Origin: Eledone cirrhosa
Taxonomy: Eukaryota
DNA length: 48,139 bases
Reading direction: 5' to 3'
NCBI GenBank assembly: GCA_964016885.1
Contig: CAXHJY010001178.1
Span: 1 to 48,139 of the forward strand
In this document: piece after piece, positions 43,804-48,139 of the stretch
Numbering within the stretch: the first letter of the stretch is position 1
Layout of the letters: each line of letters begins with the position of its first letter
Notes under the pieces: generated by a model
Database searches by the model: none
Seen by the model: the letters and a program-made list of their open reading frames with translations, nothing else
Told to the model about the DNA's origin: nothing
Made by a program: the position numbers and the translations under genes

Positions 43804-44017
43804 CCTCTCTCTATCACCCATCTCTCCTCCTATCTCATCCTTCCTCATTATACTCCTCCCTCTCCACTTTTTACTCTCATCTCTTTTTCACCCCCCCCTC
43901 CCCTCTAAATGAAATATTTTTCCAATATCACACATCAATCTAAAACTACTTCTCATATGTTGATTTAAAACTGAACTATCCACAAGTGTTTTTTAACCTT
44001 CATATCATGTCTTCCTG

Positions 44018-44084
44018 TTTTATCTGATGAAAACACAAATATTATTGCATGATGATATTTGTTTTTGAAATTCGCATAATAAAA
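44018..44084 (+). ncRNA. Hammerhead ribozyme in the inverted pseudo-LTR copy
   Basis: TTTTAT-CTGATGA-stem II-GAAA-TTCGCA-TA-ATAAAA; one substitution breaks the stem III palindrome. Confidence 0.82.
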
Positions 44085-44214
44085 TACATGGAACTTTTTA
44101 AAACATCTTTTGTTCTTATATATTAAGTATACTCTAGTCCTACAAACTGTAGATTGCTTCTTATCCGATATCTGCCTTGCTTTATTGTACTACAATAAAA
44201 CTCACCTCCTACAT

Positions 44215-44291
44215 ATATATCATATATATATATCATATATATATATATATATATATCATATATATATATCATATATATATATCATATATAT

Positions 44292-44326
<35 letters not shown>

Positions 44327-44595
44327 TATATATATATATATATATATCATATATATATATATATATATATCATATATATATATATATATATATCATATAT
44401 ATATATATATATATATCATATATATATATATATATATATCATATATATATATATATATATATCATATATATATATATATATATCATATATATATATATAT
44501 ATATATCATATATATATATATATATATATCATATATATATATATATATATATCATATATATATATATATATATATCATATATATATATATATATC

Positions 44596-44626
<31 letters not shown>

Positions 44627-44874
44627 ATATCATATATATATATCATATATATATATATCATATATATATATATATATATCATATATATATATATATATAT
44701 CATATATATATATATATATATATCATATATATATATATCATATATATATATATATATATATCATATATATATATATATATATATCATATATATATATATA
44801 TATATATATATCATATATATATATATATATATATCATATATATATATATATATATATCATATATATATATATAT

Positions 44875-44905
<31 letters not shown>

Positions 44906-45578
44906 CATATATATATATATCATATATATATATCATATATATATATATCATATATATATCATATATATATCTATATATATATATATCTATATATATATAT
45001 ATATCATATATATATCTATATATATATATATATCATATATATATCTATATATATATATATCATATATATATCTATATATATATATATCTATATATATCTA
45101 TATATATATATATCATATATATATCTATATATATATATATCTATATATATATATCATATATATATCTATATATATATCTATATATCATATATATATATCA
45201 TATATATATATCATATATATATATCATATATATATATATATCATATATATATATATATCATATATATATATATCATATATATATATATCATATATATATA
45301 TATCATATATATATATATATATCATCATATATATATATCTAATATATATATATATATATCATATATATATATCATATATATATATCATATATATATATCA
45401 TCTATATATCATATATATATATATCATATATATATCTATATATATTCTATATATATATATATATATCATATATATCATCTATATATATATATATATATAT
45501 CTATATATATTCTATATATATATATATCATATATATCATCTATATATATATATATATCATATATATATATATCATATA

Positions 45579-45612
<34 letters not shown>

Positions 45613-45704
45613 CCTATATATATCTATATATATATATATATCCTATATATATCTATATATATATATATATATATCATATATATCATATATATATCATATA
45701 TATC

Positions 45705-45735
<31 letters not shown>

Positions 45736-45825
45736 ATATCATATATATTATATATATATATATCATATATATATATCATATATATTTATATATCATATAT
45801 ATATATATCATATATATTTATATAT

Positions 45826-45858
<33 letters not shown>
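44215..45858. repeat. (TA)n tract with TATCATA units
   Basis: Direct reading. Confidence 0.97.
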
Positions 45859-45862
<4 letters not shown>

Positions 45863-45872
45863 TCATCAACGT

Positions 45873-47256
45873 TTAAATTACGCACTAAATTACGCATTCA
45901 AACATACAGACCTAATTAGCAATGAAATGCACATTATATTATCGGCTAGGAAAACATTGATAGAATTTAATGACCAACTATGGACCAGAGCAGATAGAGA
46001 TAACAATTTCGACATTACTATGGGATCATCCGACTCAGCTCAGGTAACTGACCTTGTGGGCCTATTTATAATCAATTCGCTGCATAGGAAAATACCCGGT
46101 GCTACCGGAGGTTTATATAGAGATGACATGCTTTTACTTATTGAAAATAATAACTGTGAACTAAATAGAAAAAGAAAACAAATTACACAATTTTTTAATT
46201 ACTTTAATCTAAAAATAGAAATTGAGAATAACCATAGAATAGTCAATTTCCTAGATGTAACATTAAATCTCAACACATGTCTTCACTATCCATTTCACAA
46301 GTTGAATGAAAACTTAAACTATGTCAGTTTTAACTCTAACCACCCAGATCTGTTAAAAATACTATAGTGAACTCTGTTCAAAAACGTATCCCTAGAATCT
46401 CATCTAATAAAAAGATTTTCGACGAAAAAGCCCAGTATTACAATGAAGCGTTAGCTAGAGCAGGATATAGTGATAAAATTATGTACATAGATAATAATAG
46501 ACAAACTAACCAAAATAACAACAATTTTAATTACGGCAACAACTTTAACAACTATAATAGAAAGCATTACAATAATTCCAAAAGCCAAAAAAGAAATAGA
46601 ACTAGGAATATAATATGGTTTGCCCCCCCCTTCTCACTAAACATTAAACCCACATCGCTAAACTATTTTTTAATGCTCTTGATAATCGCTTCCCTAGAAC
46701 ACATAGGTATCACTCAATTTTCAATAGACATACTATAAAATTAACTTACTCATCCACCAAAAATTTAGCACAAAATATTAATAGAATAAATAATAGGAAT
46801 TTAAAACCTAGCCAAAATACCGATAATAGCATAAATAATATCCAAGTAAACAAATGTAACTGTAGAAATAGATCTAAATGTCCGTTAAATAACAATTGCT
46901 TAGTTAAAAATATAATATACAACTGTAATGTTAAAACGGACTTAAATTCTTTTAACTATGTTGGTTCCACCTCGACAGAATTTAAACTTCGCTATAATAA
47001 CCACAAGAATTCTTTCACAGATCCAAGCAAAAAATCTTCAACATCACTATCAGGCTTACTCTGGCAACTTAAGCATGATAACGTTGGATATTCGACGGCT
47101 TGGAATATAGTCTCAAGAGGGATTCCTTTTAATTCATCCTCTGAGACATGTGACCTCTGCGCGGAGGAGATATTCTTTATACTAAAATCTAAAAATTCCC
47201 TTAATTTACGGACAAATTTATTCAGTTGCTGCAGACAGATTGAACTCAACTTTTAA
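45873..47256 (+). pseudogene. Second Hydra-like Penelope element ORF (RT + GIY-YIG), 5'-truncated and frameshifted; its 3' region may continue to the window end
   Basis: FDITMGSSD, LYRDDM, NFLDVTL, SNHP, WFAPPFS; from 46855 CNCRNRSKCPLNNNCL..IIY..YVGST..FKLRYNNH..TSLS..W..CDLC..FSCC, stop 47254-47256; homologous to 42181-43803. Confidence 0.9.
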
Positions 47257-47968
47257 ATATAAATATAAATTTAAAATGTAGTATATTTACTTATGATTAT
47301 AATTATTTACGAAACTCGCCGATAAATCTTTCGATTTCTTTTTTTTTTTAAACATTCTTCATGAATAATTAAACTACCCTAAAAGCTGATGCTCCAAATA
47401 TATCGAATAAATTTTACACTAGATAAACTTCTATAATAAATATAAGACCATCTGTAGATCAAATGGGTATCCTAAACTTTTGGAATGATTTCTGCTAGAC
47501 AGGATTTGGTAAATAATTTTGGTTTTGTTTGCTTTTAATTCTGATGCTTATAATGAACTTGGCAATATATTGTCAATTAATTTTGAAGGGTTGATCTCCG
47601 TGGCTGATTTGCGGGCATACTGTGTTTTATTTTTAATATTTTTTAATTTTTTGATATTTTTTATTGATATATTAATATCTGTTGTCTATTTATGCTTAGA
47701 ACGATAATCATGTAGAGTAAAGACAAGAATAGTATTGTTAAAATTAATGTAGATTCTATATATATTTGTGTGTATGTACACATATATGTATACTAGAATT
47801 TTTAGAGCACAATGAGAATGTTTTCATGTGAAATAGGAATTTGCAGAGTTGATCACGTAAATTCACATGGAAGTCTATAGTATCGAATCTGGGATAACCT
47901 ATTTTCTTTTTCTTTTTCTTTTTTCATGAAAGTGCATATATACTTATGTATTTCAATTTTTTTTTGAA

Positions 47969-48024
47969 GTTTTTTATCTCAATTTTTTATCTCAGTTTTT
48001 TTTATCTCGGTTTTTTTATCTCAG
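47969..48024. repeat. Four tandem T(6-9)ATCTCR units
   Basis: Direct reading. Confidence 0.7.
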
Positions 48025-48139
48025 CTCTGATATAAACCTAGGAATTTTAAACTAGACATATGATCATTATTTTTTCACACATTATTGATACGTGTCTCAT
48101 TCATGAATACTGATATTTACATTATAATACCTAATCATA

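Larger units (their letters stand above)
41093..44214 (-). mobile_element. Penelope-like element (Hydra-clade-like), 5'-truncated, with inverted partial pseudo-LTR at its 5' end
   Basis: RT-GIY-YIG ORF; 41093-41518 and 43805-44214 are inverted repeats, each with a hammerhead; TA tracts on both sides. Confidence 0.92.

Noticed and set aside
43804-43848. N-terminus MRKDEIGGEMGDRER of the 555-aa ORF
   Set aside because: Reads through the inverted pseudo-LTR; RT homology begins at ~43803
47257-48139. Hammerhead in the 3' region of the second Penelope element
   Set aside because: CTGAT starts at ~47385 and ~47541 lack the GA/GAAA core and stems; any ribozyme may lie beyond the window

Overview
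Eukaryotic, non-genic retroelement graveyard. The repeat style suggests a cephalopod (Octopus-like) genome, but that is an inference. Roughly half the window is interrupted (TA)n microsatellite, and about 20 retroelement pieces sit in or near it. (i) Two CR1/L2-group LINE families. One copy is full-length with two open ORFs (6275-10779, minus): ORF1 has a Myb/SANT-like domain, polyQ and two CCCH fingers; ORF2 (APE-RT) has no upstream AUG and overlaps ORF1 in the -1 frame across a U_UUU_UUA slippery site. (ii) At least three RTE-clade LINE families with a PHD-type finger inserted in the RT, (GAT)n tails and structured 3' UTRs. The near-full-length copy has ~32 bp of complementarity between its 5' leader and its own 3' UTR, just downstream of an in-frame UGA. 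(iii) Two Penelope-like elements resembling the Hydra clade (RT plus C-terminal GIY-YIG), plus several solo or fold-back pseudo-LTRs. These carry five well-formed hammerhead ribozymes from four families, one with a U3-A8 compensatory core, and several partial ones. No host gene could be supported, and all Y/I-rich ORFs are microsatellite artefacts.
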